NCBI RefSeq assembly: GCF_000621645.1
Contig: NZ_JHXR01000004.1
Span: forward strand, 90,001-122,000
Length of the DNA stretch: 32,000 nt
Reading direction: 5' to 3'
From: Vibrio cholerae ATCC 14035
GTDB lineage: Bacteria > Pseudomonadota > Gammaproteobacteria > Enterobacterales > Vibrionaceae
The position numbers and the translations under genes were made by a program. Below are positions 1-9,636 of this stretch, piece by piece. Position 1 is the first letter of the stretch; each line of letters starts with the position of its first letter. The notes under the pieces were generated by a model. It was not told the DNA's origin. It did not search any database and was given only the letters and a program-made list of their open reading frames with translations.

Positions 1-1811
1 GTGACGAGTCTGACAAAGACGGTATGCGCATTGTGATTGAGTGTAAGCGTGATGCGGTTGGCGAAGTGGTTTTGAACAACCTGTATGCCAACACTCAGCT
101 GCAAACCACCTTCGGTATCAACATGGTGGCACTCGATAACGGTCAGCCTAAGCTGTTTAACCTGAAAGAGATGCTGAAGTGTTTCGTCGACCACCGCCGC
201 GAAGTGGTGACTCGTCGTACTATTTTTGAACTGCGTAAAGCGCGTGAGCGTGCCCACATCCTTGAAGGTTTGGCACTGGCTCTGGCTAACATTGATGAAA
301 TCATTGAACTGATCCGCCGTGCCGCCACGCCTGCAGAAGCAAAAGAAGGCTTAATTGCCCGTGGTTGGGATCTTGGCAACGTTGCGGCAATGCTTGAGCG
401 TGCAGGTACGGATGCGGCGCGTCCTGAGTGGCTTGAGCCACAATACGGCATCCGCGATGGCAAGTACTTCCTGACTGAGCAACAAGCGCAAGCGATTCTG
501 GATCTGCGTCTGCACAAGCTGACTGGTCTAGAGCACGAGAAGATCCTCGATGAGTACAAGCAGCTTCTCGAAGAAATCGCGGCATTGATGCACATTCTGG
601 CGAGCACAGAGCGCTTGATGGAAGTGATCCGTGAAGAGCTAGAAGCGATTCGCGCTGGCTTTAGCGATGCGCGCCGCACTGAAATCACGGCAGCAACGCA
701 CGACATCGACATGGAAGAGCTGATCGCTCGTGAAGATGTGGTTGTGACTCTGTCACACGAAGGTTATGTGAAGTATCAATTACTGAGCGACTACGAAGCA
801 CAGCGTCGTGGTGGTAAAGGTAAGAGCGCAACCAAGATGAAAGAAGAGGACTACATTGAGCGTCTTCTGGTTGCCAATACTCACGATAACATTCTGCTGT
901 TCTCGACTCGCGGCAAAACTTACCGTATGAAGGTATACCAACTGCCGCTCGCCAGCCGTACTGCGCGTGGTAAGCCAATCGTGAACCTGCTTCCTCTGGA
1001 AGAAAACGAGCGCATCACCGCGATTCTGCCAGTGACTGAGTTTAGTGAAGATAAATTCATCTTCATGGCAACCGGTGACGGTACTGTGAAGAAAACATCG
1101 CTGGATCAGTTTGCCAACGTTCGTGCGAATGGTTTGATTGCGCTCAACCTGCGTGACGAAGACTCGCTGATTGGTGTGGATATCACCGATGGCGAAAGCG
1201 AAATTATGCTGTTCTCTAAATTCGGTAAAGTGGTTCGCTTTAAAGAGTCCGAAGAAACCGCGGTTGTGGATGAAAATGGTCAACCTGTGCTGGATGAAAA
1301 TGGCCAGCCAGAGATCAAGTTCAAAGGCGTAAGACCAATGGGTCGTACCGCTGCGGGTGTTCGCGGCATGAAACTGGCTGATGGCGACCAAGTGGTATCG
1401 CTCATCGTGCCGAAGACCGAAGGTGACGTACTCACCGTAACTGAAAATGGTTACGGCAAACGTACCAGCCTATCTGAATACCCAACCAAAGGTCGTGGAA
1501 CTCAGGGTGTGGTTTCGATCAAAGTCTCTGAGCGTAACGGCAGCGTTGTGGGTGCAGTACAAGTGGCCGAGGGTGATGAGTTCATGATGATCACCAATGC
1601 CGGTACACTGGTACGTACTCGCGTGGCGGAAGTGAGCCAAGTGGGCCGTAATACTCAAGGCGTGACCCTGATCCGTACTTCGGAAGGTGAAAGTGTGGTA
1701 GGTCTGCAGCGTATCGATGAAATCGAAGAGTCGGAATTGCCAGAAGGTGAGGAAGCACTTGTCGAGAACGATGCACCTGTTGCACAAGATGATGATGGTG
1801 AACAAGAGTAA
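1..1811 (+). CDS. gyrA: DNA gyrase subunit A, C-terminal ~600 aa (5' end lies upstream of the window)
   Basis: The frame is open from the window edge to TAA at 1809-1811. The translation contains the GyrA-box QRRGGKG ([11 protein letters not shown]). It also has repeated beta-pinwheel blade-like segments ([65 protein letters not shown]) and an acidic tail (AQDDDGEQE), as in the E. coli GyrA C-terminal half. Confidence 0.97.
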   Translation, partial: DESDKDGMRIVIECKRDAVGEVVLNNLYANTQLQTTFGINMVALDNGQPKLFNLKEMLKCFVDHRREVVTRRTIFELRKARERAHILEGLALALANIDEIIELIRRAATPAEAKEGLIARGWDLGNVAAMLERAGTDAARPEWLEPQYGIRDGKYFLTEQQAQAILDLRLHKLTGLEHEKILDEYKQLLEEIAALMHILASTERLMEVIREELEAIRAGFSDARRTEITAATHDIDMEELIAREDVVVTLSHEGYVKYQLLSDYEAQRRGGKGKSATKMKEEDYIERLLVANTHDNILLFSTRGKTYRMKVYQLPLASRTARGKPIVNLLPLEENERITAILPVTEFSEDKFIFMATGDGTVKKTSLDQFANVRANGLIALNLRDEDSLIGVDITDGESEIMLFSKFGKVVRFKESEETAVVDENGQPVLDENGQPEIKFKGVRPMGRTAAGVRGMKLADGDQVVSLIVPKTEGDVLTVTENGYGKRTSLSEYPTKGRGTQGVVSIKVSERNGSVVGAVQVAEGDEFMMITNAGTLVRTRVAEVSQVGRNTQGVTLIRTSEGESVVGLQRIDEIEESELPEGEEALVENDAPVAQDDDGEQE

Positions 1812-1875
1812 TTTGCTCTGTCATACCCCTGCCTAATCACCCTTGGGTAGGGAAATTCATAAAGTGCCTAATCAA

Positions 1876-1900
1876 AGCCGGACAATCGTCCGGCTTTTTT
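1876..1900 (+). terminator. Rho-independent terminator after gyrA
   Basis: AGCCGGAC-aatc-GTCCGGCT stem-loop runs directly into a T-run, about 65 nt after the gyrA stop. Confidence 0.8.
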
Positions 1901-1991
1901 GATCCTGCCTATGCCTAGATAGCAGTACTATTGATCGCATCAGACGCTATACCCCCAAAAACACTCCGTATTTGTCATCGGTTTGCTTGGG

Positions 1992-1997
1992 TATAAT
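1992..1997 (+). promoter_or_regulatory. Candidate -10 hexamer for trhO
   Basis: Perfect TATAAT about 40 nt upstream of ATG 2039. The only TTGTCA nearby (1972-1977) is just 14 nt away, so the -35 is unconvincing. Confidence 0.3.
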
Positions 1998-2038
1998 GCC
2001 CGCCCAATTTATAGGTGTTGTAATTGAAAGGTCATACC

Positions 2039-3022
2039 ATGAGTCAATATGTTGTCTGTGCGCTCTACAAATTTGTTGAGCTCAATCATTACCAAGAGCT
2101 AAGAGCGCCGCTGCTGGCACTGATGGAAGAGAACCACATTCGCGGCACATTATTGCTGGCGCAAGAAGGCATTAACGGTACGGTCGCTTCTTCTCGCCAA
2201 GGGATTGATGCGCTGCTGGCGTGGCTAGAAAACGAACCGAGTTTAAAAGGCACTGTGTATAAAGAGTCTTCTGCCTCTGAGCCACCGTTTAACCGCACTA
2301 AGGTCAAACTCAAAAAAGAGATCGTGACCATGGGCGTAGAAGGCATAGATCCCCGTCATGTAGTGGGCACTTATGTGAAGCCGCAAGATTGGAACGCGCT
2401 GATTTCCGATCCTGAAGTCTTGGTGGTGGATACCCGAAACGACTACGAAGTACAGCTTGGCACCTTTAAAAACGCGCTCAACCCAAAAACGGAGACGTTC
2501 CGCGAGTTTCCACACTATGTACAGGAAAACCTTGATCCGCAAAAGCACAAGAAAGTCGCCATGTTCTGTACTGGCGGGATCCGCTGTGAAAAATCCACCG
2601 CATATTTGAAAGAGCAAGGCTTTGAAGAGGTGTATCACCTTGAAGGCGGCATCTTGAAATATCTTGAAGAAGTGCCTCAAGAGCAAAGCTTGTGGGAAGG
2701 GGATTGCTATGTGTTTGATGGGCGCGTTGCGGTAGGGCATGGCCTTGCCGAAAGTGATTATCAAATCTGTAATGCTTGCCGTTTGCCTATCACAGAAGAA
2801 GATAAGCAGAGCGAACAGTATGAACAAGGCGTCAGCTGTCCGCGCTGTTTTGGTACTCATTCCGAAGAGCAGCTAGAGCGTTTCCGTGAGCGTGAAAAGC
2901 AAGTTCAGTTAGCAAAGCTGCGTGGTGAAAGTCATATCGGTGAAGAGAGTGCGGCACTGATTGAAAAACGCCGCGCAGAAAAGCTGGCGCGCAAAGCGGC
3001 GCAGCGCGGCCAGAAAGGCTAA
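2039..3022 (+). CDS. trhO: Rhodanese-domain tRNA uridine(34) hydroxylase (YceA/TrhO family)
   Basis: Track ORF 2024..3022. I prefer ATG 2039 (MSQYVV...) over TTG 2024. The rhodanese active-site loop [10 protein letters not shown] and a C-terminal Cys cluster (CNACRLP...CPRC) match my memory of E. coli YceA. Confidence 0.88.
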   Translation: MSQYVVCALYKFVELNHYQELRAPLLALMEENHIRGTLLLAQEGINGTVASSRQGIDALLAWLENEPSLKGTVYKESSASEPPFNRTKVKLKKEIVTMGVEGIDPRHVVGTYVKPQDWNALISDPEVLVVDTRNDYEVQLGTFKNALNPKTETFREFPHYVQENLDPQKHKKVAMFCTGGIRCEKSTAYLKEQGFEEVYHLEGGILKYLEEVPQEQSLWEGDCYVFDGRVAVGHGLAESDYQICNACRLPITEEDKQSEQYEQGVSCPRCFGTHSEEQLERFREREKQVQLAKLRGESHIGEESAALIEKRRAEKLARKAAQRGQKG

Positions 3023-3048
3023 CGAGTCGTGAGTGGGTGGCCGTTTTG

Positions 3049-3948
3049 CTACCCACTTACTGCTTGAAATCGTTGGCGAAACTCTCTCGGAGTCATGGTT
3101 TTGAGGGTTTTAAATTGGCGGTTAAAGTTCGACAAATTGCCAAACCCAGTTCGCTCGGCAATTAATGCAATCGGCAGCGCAGAACTGGCTAAAAGCTCAC
3201 ACGCTTTACCAATTCGAAACTGCTTTAAATGCTCAGAAAAACTCATCCCATAGTGCTTTTCAAATAAGCGATACGCCGAGCTTTCGCTCAAATGTAACTG
3301 ATGACATAAGTCGGTAATTTTTATTGCTTGTGCGTAGTGCTGCTCCACATATTGTTTGGCCAGTTGAATTTTCTTATGCGTGTCACTGTTGCTGGTGAGT
3401 GCCGTCATCACATAGGGTGCGACAGATAGACGCTGTGCCTGCGCATCGTCCGCCATCACAAGCAAGGACTCAATCACGCGCAGAGATTGGTAACTGTGAG
3501 GCTGTTGATCAACATTGGCTAGGAGTTCGGCGACGCGCGTAGCGGTTTGCTCACTGAGACGCACGCCATAGGAGGCATGTTGCTGCAAGCGTTGCAAAGC
3601 TTGAGCTTGAGGCAATACGCTCTGTAGCTTATCTAGCCACTCTTGTTTGAACCAGATAATCGTTGAGTGCAGAGTTTGGGCTTTATTGATCAGCTGTCTA
3701 CCCGCAATCATATGTGGTAAACCGGGGCCGTAAAGTAAAAGTGTGTTGTGCTCAACCGCGCCAATCGCATCCCCTGCAAAATAGTTACCGACAAAACGCT
3801 GATCAGGGTTCTGGTAGAGCACTAATTCATATTCGGTGTGGTAGTGCCAAGGACAGGAAAATTCTTGAGTTTGGCTCTTGCTGCGAAATTCACGCAGCAC
3901 CCAATCCTGACTAATACCGCTCATCACATTTTCAATTAAAGGTCGCAT
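3049..3948 (-). CDS. AraC/XylS-family transcriptional regulator
   Basis: 299 aa. It has an N-terminal cupin-like sensor region (WHYHTEYELVLY). The C-terminal double HTH is typical of the family (SESSAYRLFEKHYGMSFSEHLKQFRIGKACELL ... FGNLSNFNRQFKTLKTMTPREFR). It is divergent from the efflux gene at 4199. Confidence 0.85.
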   Translation of the reverse strand: MRPLIENVMSGISQDWVLREFRSKSQTQEFSCPWHYHTEYELVLYQNPDQRFVGNYFAGDAIGAVEHNTLLLYGPGLPHMIAGRQLINKAQTLHSTIIWFKQEWLDKLQSVLPQAQALQRLQQHASYGVRLSEQTATRVAELLANVDQQPHSYQSLRVIESLLVMADDAQAQRLSVAPYVMTALTSNSDTHKKIQLAKQYVEQHYAQAIKITDLCHQLHLSESSAYRLFEKHYGMSFSEHLKQFRIGKACELLASSALPIALIAERTGFGNLSNFNRQFKTLKTMTPREFRQRFQAVSG

Positions 3949-4198
3949 AACGATTTACGTGAGTTTTCATGCGCTCAATGCATGGAGATAGACTAGAGGA
4001 ATGGCTTATTTTCTGTCAAATCATCAAGTGATTTTGCCTGAATAGTATTAGAACTGGCTCGAATAACATCAATAACTCATGCCCAGATTCAGTACACTAG
4101 CCGCCATAATCCCCCCTGATGCTCTAAGTCGTTTAGGGATAAAGCGACGCTGCCAAGTAGGAAGGGGATTCCATCGAATATTGCTATGAGGTTACTGC

Positions 4199-5413
4199 AT
4201 GTATCGAGATAAAACCGCCTTACTGTTTATTATGTCGACACTGGTTACGGGTCTATGCGGAGCGTTTTTCTATCCACTCTCCAGTCTGTTTATTGTTGAG
4301 GCGCTCGATGCTTCACCGATGCAACTGAGCCTGTATATGGTGTTGGCAGTCGTCAGCTCAGTTATCGTGTCGCAGTGGCTTGCACGCCAATCAGATCGTC
4401 ATTGGCAGCGTAAAACCATCTTATTGGTTTCGTTAATCTGTTATCTCATCACTGTGGTCAGCTTTATGTTTATTCGCAGCTACAGTCTCGCCATCATGGT
4501 GGTGGTACTGTTTGCTAGCGTGAGTGGCGCGTCATTTGGTCAGCTTTTTGCGCTTGGCCGCGAATACGCCGATCAGCATTTAACTGATAAAACGACCTTC
4601 CTCTCTACCATGCGTGCCGGAATTGCGATTGCTTGGGTATTTGGCCCTCCGGCGGCGTTTATGCTTAAAGCCAGTTTCGGCTTTAATGCCGCCTTTGCGG
4701 TGTCTGCTCTGATAGTATTTTTAGGCATAGTGCTGATTGCTCGCTTCTTGCCAGCAGGGGTGAAAACCGCCTCAGCCGTTGGAACCACGCCAGTCGAACT
4801 TGGACAATATTCACCCCGTAAGCGTGCTTTGATCGTACTGTACTGCGTGACCTTGGTATGTACTTTTGGCTCAAACAATCTTTATATCACCAGTATGCCG
4901 CTCTATTTATCACGTGAGTTGATGGTGCCTGAACATTGGCTAGGGTTGCTGTTTGGCACGGCCGCATTGTGTGAAATTCCGGTCATGTTAATGGCGGGAA
5001 AACTTGCCGAGCGATGGGGAACAAATAAATTGCTGATGTTTGGGATCACCAGCGGCATCTTGTTTTACGGTGTGATGCTGACCCACACTGGGTTTGTTGC
5101 CATGATGGCCGCGCAAGTGCTCAATGGCTTTTTTATCGGCGTATGCGCGACGCTAGGCATGGTGGTGCTGCAGGACATGATGCAAGACCGATTGGGCACG
5201 GCTTCCACCTTATTTTCGAGCATGCTCAGTATCAGTACTTTGGTGGCGAGCTTATCGGTTGGCGTAGTCGGTGAGTTTTATAACTATTTCAGTACCTTGT
5301 ATGTTTCTTTAACTGGTGCTTTCAGTGCTTTACTGCTGTTGGCGTTGTTTAGTCAACTGCAGCGCAAAGCAATACCAACCGAAGCGGTGCAAAGTGGAGT
5401 CTCGGTTCATTAA
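4199..5413 (+). CDS. MFS transporter, SET (sugar efflux, SetA/SetB-like) family
   Basis: 404 aa and hydrophobic throughout, with about 12 spans. It is collinear with E. coli SetA as I recall it (QLFALGREYAD, AWVFGPPAAFML). GAGG lies 7 nt upstream of the ATG. Confidence 0.82.
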   Translation: MYRDKTALLFIMSTLVTGLCGAFFYPLSSLFIVEALDASPMQLSLYMVLAVVSSVIVSQWLARQSDRHWQRKTILLVSLICYLITVVSFMFIRSYSLAIMVVVLFASVSGASFGQLFALGREYADQHLTDKTTFLSTMRAGIAIAWVFGPPAAFMLKASFGFNAAFAVSALIVFLGIVLIARFLPAGVKTASAVGTTPVELGQYSPRKRALIVLYCVTLVCTFGSNNLYITSMPLYLSRELMVPEHWLGLLFGTAALCEIPVMLMAGKLAERWGTNKLLMFGITSGILFYGVMLTHTGFVAMMAAQVLNGFFIGVCATLGMVVLQDMMQDRLGTASTLFSSMLSISTLVASLSVGVVGEFYNYFSTLYVSLTGAFSALLLLALFSQLQRKAIPTEAVQSGVSVH

Positions 5414-5595
5414 GGGCAAAGAAAAATGCGTTGCGTTGGGATCGCTTGAGGTATTCGCCAAGGTACTCGCTGCGTAATTATTCTCTAAAGTGTAAAAATT
5501 ATGTGACCATACTTCCATATCTTATTGCGTGATAAGAAATAATTATGAAAGAAGGTATTATTTTTAAGAAATGGATGAAATTGTGGAGAGAGTAG

Positions 5596-5772
5596 GTGGA
5601 CAATTCGGTTGTTACCCAGCTGAAGAAAGAGTTCTACGCGCAGTTGAGCGCGTTGCAAGCTCATTCAGCGCCACAATCAAAACCGACACTCTCGGTATTA
5701 ACCGATGAAGAGTTACGTCAATTAGAGCAAATCTGGATTGAGTTGAGCGTCTGGAAGAAGTCGCAAAACTGA
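5596..5772 (+). CDS. Small hypothetical protein, 58 aa, GTG start (absent from the ORF track because it is under 60 aa)
   Basis: Hand translation gives VDNSVVTQLKKEFYAQLSALQAHSAPQSKPTLSVLTDEELRQLEQIWIELSVWKKSQN*. GGAGAG (5585-5590) lies 5 nt upstream of the GTG. A strong + strand terminator follows 32 nt after the stop. Codon choice looks like the neighbouring genes. No family recognised. Confidence 0.4.
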   Translation: MDNSVVTQLKKEFYAQLSALQAHSAPQSKPTLSVLTDEELRQLEQIWIELSVWKKSQN

Positions 5773-5803
5773 TTATTTTTATCCCTATTTTGATGCTTGA
5801 ATG

Positions 5804-5831
5804 AACCCAACCCACTCCGGTTGGGTTTTTT
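5804..5831 (+). terminator. Rho-independent terminator
   Basis: AACCCAACC-cactcc-GGTTGGGTT (9-bp perfect stem) followed by a T-run. Confidence 0.8.
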
Positions 5832-5996
5832 GTTGCTCAAAAAGGCATTTGTTATAACATAACAATTTAAGCCTTCGAGTGATCTTTTCTTTGAAAAAAG
5901 GGGTATGAGCCCTCATAGTTAGGTCACTAGTAGAGACAAGTTATGCAAATGTTGAGAAACGTGCATCCCGTTACAGAAATTCAAGTGAGTGCAAAC

Positions 5997-6593
5997 ATGG
6001 CGGAAGTAAGAGCCAGAGTCGATTTTAAAGTCGGTGCGAAAAGCAATATTGACGCAGAAATCCTGTCATTTCATGGACTGCAATCAGACAAAGAACACGT
6101 TGCAGTGATTTTCAAATCAGCGGATACCACCCAAGAAGCCCCGCTTGTGCGTATGCACTCGGAGTGTTTAACGGGCGATGTTTTCCATTCGTCTCGTTGT
6201 GACTGTGGTGAGCAGCTAGAAGAAACCATTACTCGCATGGGGCAGTCAGGCGGCATCATTCTGTATTTACGTCAAGAAGGGCGAGGTATTGGTCTGTACA
6301 ACAAGATTGATGCGTATCGCTTGCAAAGTCAGGGTATGAATACTTATGAAGCCAATAATCACCTCGGTTTTGGGGATGATCTGCGTGACTTTACGGAAGC
6401 CGCACAAATGCTACAAGCCTTGGGGGTGAAGAAGATCCGTTTGGTGACGAACAATCCGAAAAAGATCCGTGAGTTACAAGAACATGGCATTGAGATTGTC
6501 GAGGTGGTTCATACCTCGGCACACATCAAAGACGGTAATGAAAATTACCTGAAAGCCAAAGTTTCTCACGGTAAGCATCAACTCAAACTGTAA
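5997..6593 (+). CDS. ribA: GTP cyclohydrolase II
   Basis: Collinear with E. coli RibA as recalled ([25 protein letters not shown] zinc/Cys motif, [16 protein letters not shown]). I prefer ATG 5997 (198 aa, E. coli-like length) over the track start 5943. The start is uncertain. Confidence 0.92.
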   Translation: MAEVRARVDFKVGAKSNIDAEILSFHGLQSDKEHVAVIFKSADTTQEAPLVRMHSECLTGDVFHSSRCDCGEQLEETITRMGQSGGIILYLRQEGRGIGLYNKIDAYRLQSQGMNTYEANNHLGFGDDLRDFTEAAQMLQALGVKKIRLVTNNPKKIRELQEHGIEIVEVVHTSAHIKDGNENYLKAKVSHGKHQLKL

Positions 6594-6649
6594 CCTTCAG
6601 TTTTATAAATAGATTCGCGTTGCTGCCGATAATATCGCATGTTATTAAA

Positions 6650-6671
6650 CCCCACACTTGTGGGGTTTTTT
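6650..6671 (+). terminator. Rho-independent terminator after ribA
   Basis: CCCCAC-actt-GTGGGG stem followed by TTTTTT. Confidence 0.75.
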
Positions 6672-6723
6672 GTGTGTTCAGGTTGAAAAAAAATTGTAAA
6701 TTTGTATTATTTGCACCGAAATA

Positions 6724-6742
6724 ACAAATGATAATAATTTGC
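6724..6742. promoter_or_regulatory. Fur-box-like operator upstream of irpA
   Basis: ACAAATGATAATAATTTGC matches GATAATGATAATCATTATC at 13 of 19 positions by hand alignment, including the core AATGATAAT. It sits in an AT-rich promoter-like tract 31 nt upstream of ATG 6773. Confidence 0.6.
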
Positions 6743-6772
6743 AATTCATATCAAGCTCAACAAGGACGCTCC

Positions 6773-8035
6773 ATGAACGTTAAGTCTATTCTCTCTTCCA
6801 CCATCTTAGCTTCACTGACGCTCACTACATCAGCGAGCTTCGCTGCAGCGCCAACTCAAGCCCAAGTGGTTGAACATTATGCCGATATTGCGTATGCCGT
6901 TTATGCCGATTCACGTGTGACTGCGCAGCAACTGCAAAAAACCATCGACCGTTTCTTACAAGCTCCGACCGCACAAGGTCTGGAAGAAGTGAAACAAGCG
7001 TGGTTGGCGGCGCGTGTGCCTTATCAACAATCAGAAGTGTTCCGTTTTGGTAACGCGATTGTCGATGACTGGGAAGGTCAGTTGAACGCGTGGCCGCTAG
7101 ATGAAGGTTTGATCGATTATGTGGCAGGAAGTTATCAACATGAACTGGGCAATGAAGGCGCAAATGCCAATATCATTGCCAATACTGCACTGACCATTGG
7201 CGCAACGAAAGTTGATGTGAAAGAGATCACGCCTGAGCTGCTGGCCAGCCTCAACGAAATCGGTGGCTCTGAAGCCAACGTGGCATCGGGCTACCACGCG
7301 ATTGAATTTCTGTTGTGGGGACAAGATTTAAACGGCACCAAAGCCGGTGCCGGTGCTCGCTCATACACGGATTATCTGCAAGGCAAAGCCTGTACCAATA
7401 ACCACTGTGATCGCCGTGCACAATACCTCAAAGCCGCCGCGCAACTTTTGGTGACCGATCTTGAGTGGATGGAGAAGCAGTGGGCGAGTGGTGAAAAAGA
7501 TAATTATCGCCAACAACTGCTGAGTGAGTCGGCGGAAAATGGTCTGCGCAAAATGCTGTTTGGTATGGGCTCGCTATCACTGGGGGAATTGGCGGGTGAG
7601 CGTATGAAAGTCGCGTTGGAAGCGAATTCAACGGAAGATGAGCACGATTGCTTCTCGGATAACACGCATAACTCGCACTACTACAACGAACAAGGTATCT
7701 ACAATATCTACACGGGTAGCTACACTCGCGCCGATGGTTCTGAGCTAAAAGGCCCAAGTCTGTACCAATTGGTTGCAGAGAAAGATGCCAATGCTGCAAA
7801 AGAGATCCTGCAACAGTTTGAAGCGGCGCGCACGCAAGTGGGTGAGTTAGTCACGGCAGCTGAAAAAAATAACCAGCACTTTGATCAACTGATCGCGGCA
7901 GATAACGCGGCAGGGCATGCGATTATCAATCAAGCCATTATGGCGCTCGTCGCGCAAACGGGTTCGATTGAGCGCGCGGCAGGCATCATCGGGATCGATA
8001 ATCTAAACCCGGATACGGCAGATCACGAGTTTTAA
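6773..8035 (+). CDS. irpA: Exported imelysin / peptidase-M75-family protein (iron-regulated protein A-like)
   Basis: Track ORF 6728..8035. I prefer ATG 6773, which yields a Sec signal peptide (MNVKSILSSTILASLTLTTSASFA/AAP). It carries the GxHxxE-type motif SGYHAIEFLLWGQD (His 7295-7297, Glu 7304-7306). Family assignment is from memory of EfeO-M75/imelysin proteins. Confidence 0.82.
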   Translation: MNVKSILSSTILASLTLTTSASFAAAPTQAQVVEHYADIAYAVYADSRVTAQQLQKTIDRFLQAPTAQGLEEVKQAWLAARVPYQQSEVFRFGNAIVDDWEGQLNAWPLDEGLIDYVAGSYQHELGNEGANANIIANTALTIGATKVDVKEITPELLASLNEIGGSEANVASGYHAIEFLLWGQDLNGTKAGAGARSYTDYLQGKACTNNHCDRRAQYLKAAAQLLVTDLEWMEKQWASGEKDNYRQQLLSESAENGLRKMLFGMGSLSLGELAGERMKVALEANSTEDEHDCFSDNTHNSHYYNEQGIYNIYTGSYTRADGSELKGPSLYQLVAEKDANAAKEILQQFEAARTQVGELVTAAEKNNQHFDQLIAADNAAGHAIINQAIMALVAQTGSIERAAGIIGIDNLNPDTADHEF

Positions 8036-8241
8036 TCTCGTCACTGTCCTCATCCCTTTCTTCGCGCAATGGCCTTTGGTTTATGCATGGAGAAAGGGAT
8101 AACTTATTTTTGCAATAAAACCCAATCTCGCTTTACGTCGATGATAATTCCTCAATAGTTTGGTATGCAGCGTCAATTCCGCAGCTACTTATACGGTAAA
8201 GGGAATCAGGGATTGGGTCGTTTTTTTACAGGAACCATGTC

Positions 8242-9627
8242 ATGAAGTCGTCTTTATCTCTGTTATTACTCACGAGCGCCTTGAGCAACTTTGCTTTGGC
8301 AACAGAGATTAAATCGGGTGGGGAAACCAGTACCACGAAAGAGGGAGCCAATGCGTTTTCGATGCCGGCCGCGAATTTGCCGATGGCGAAACGCCTTGAT
8401 TTTAGTGTTGGTAACAGCTTTTTCCGCAATCCTTGGGTTCCCGCTCCCGCTTCGACGGATGCGCGCGACGGACTAGGACCTCTTTTTAATACCAATGGCT
8501 GCCAAAATTGCCACATTAAAGACGGACGAGGCCATCCACCAGAGCCTAATGACACCCAAGCGGTTTCCATGCTGGTGCGTTTGAGTATTCCTGCGGTTAC
8601 TGAGCAGCAAAAAGCCATCTATGCGGTCAATGGCGTAGTGCCAGAGCCGACTTATGGCGGGCAGCTACAAGATTTTTCGCTACCCGACCAAAAACCAGAA
8701 GGGCGAATCCACATTACGTATGATGAAGTGGTCGTCACTTTTGCCGATGGTACTCCTGTGGCACTTCGGAAACCGAACCTAAAGATTTTGGATCTCGCTT
8801 ATGGTGAGATGCACCCAGATGTGCAAATGTCGGCGCGGGTTGCACCGCCGATGATTGGACTTGGACTGTTAGAAGCGATCCCGGATGCGACCTTATTACA
8901 GTGGGCTGACCCTGAGGATCGCGATGGCGATGGTATTTCCGGCCGCGTTAACCAAGTGCGCGATGTACGCACTGGCGAAATGGCGATTGGCCGTTTTGGC
9001 TGGAAAGCGGGCCAACCCAACATCATGCAGCAAAATGCGGCCGCCTTTAATGGTGATCTGGGATTAACCAGTCATCTCTTTCCGCAAGAAAACTGCACCG
9101 AAAAACAGACACTCTGCCGTGATTTACCGAATGGCGGCTCACCAGAAGTAAGCGATAACATTCTGGATTTCGTGGAGTTTTATGCTCAGCACTTAGCGGT
9201 GCCTGTGCGTCGTAACGTGCAAGATCCTCAGGTGCAATTGGGTGAAAAACTGTTTGCTCAAGCGGGTTGCCAATCTTGCCATAAAACCAATGTGTTGACG
9301 CAAGAGCTGGCTGAGCGTCCTGCGCTTTCCAAGCAGCGAATTCAGCCGTACACCGATCTGCTGCTGCATGATATGGGCGAAGGCTTGAGTGATGGTCGTC
9401 CAGAGGCCTTGGCATCTGCGCGTGAATGGCGTACTGCCCCTTTGTGGGGGATAGGTTATACCCAAGAAGTCAATGGACACACCTATTTCTTGCATGATGG
9501 CCGTGCGCGCAATGTGCTGGAAGCGGTGCTGTGGCATGGCGGTGAAGCGCAGGCGAGCCGCGATAAGGTACTGCAGTTTGATAAAGCGCAGCGTGAAGCG
9601 CTGGTGGCCTTTTTGAATTCACTCTAG
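8242..9627 (+). CDS. Exported di-haem c-type protein, DUF1111 / cytochrome-c-peroxidase-like family
   Basis: Sec signal MKSSLSLLLLTSALSNFALA/TE. Two CxxCH haem-c attachment motifs are present: CQNCH at 8500-8514 and CQSCH at 9268-9282. Confidence 0.85.
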   Translation: MKSSLSLLLLTSALSNFALATEIKSGGETSTTKEGANAFSMPAANLPMAKRLDFSVGNSFFRNPWVPAPASTDARDGLGPLFNTNGCQNCHIKDGRGHPPEPNDTQAVSMLVRLSIPAVTEQQKAIYAVNGVVPEPTYGGQLQDFSLPDQKPEGRIHITYDEVVVTFADGTPVALRKPNLKILDLAYGEMHPDVQMSARVAPPMIGLGLLEAIPDATLLQWADPEDRDGDGISGRVNQVRDVRTGEMAIGRFGWKAGQPNIMQQNAAAFNGDLGLTSHLFPQENCTEKQTLCRDLPNGGSPEVSDNILDFVEFYAQHLAVPVRRNVQDPQVQLGEKLFAQAGCQSCHKTNVLTQELAERPALSKQRIQPYTDLLLHDMGEGLSDGRPEALASAREWRTAPLWGIGYTQEVNGHTYFLHDGRARNVLEAVLWHGGEAQASRDKVLQFDKAQREALVAFLNSL

Positions 9628-9636
9628 GAGAGAAAG

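Noticed and set aside
143-1840. Several minus-strand track ORFs inside gyrA (143..712, 301..585, 685..978, 780..1391, 1470..1805, 1591..1824, 1655..1840).
   Set aside because: They lie antisense within a gene whose product is unmistakable. Their translations are low-complexity (Ser/Arg/Cys-rich or His/Thr-rich), as is typical of shadow frames.
2089-3056. Minus-strand ORFs 2089..2346, 2243..2860 and 2832..3056 overlapping trhO.
   Set aside because: Shadow ORFs opposite a well-supported rhodanese-domain gene, with no SD or recognisable motifs.
5612-5815. Track ORF of 67 aa on the minus strand.
   Set aside because: Its GTG start sits inside the stem of a + strand terminator. The opposite strand has a better-supported small ORF with an SD and a terminator.
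5832-5996. Looked for an FMN (RFN) riboswitch upstream of ribA.
   Set aside because: I could not find the conserved GC-rich RFN core by eye. A covariance-model scan would be needed to be certain.
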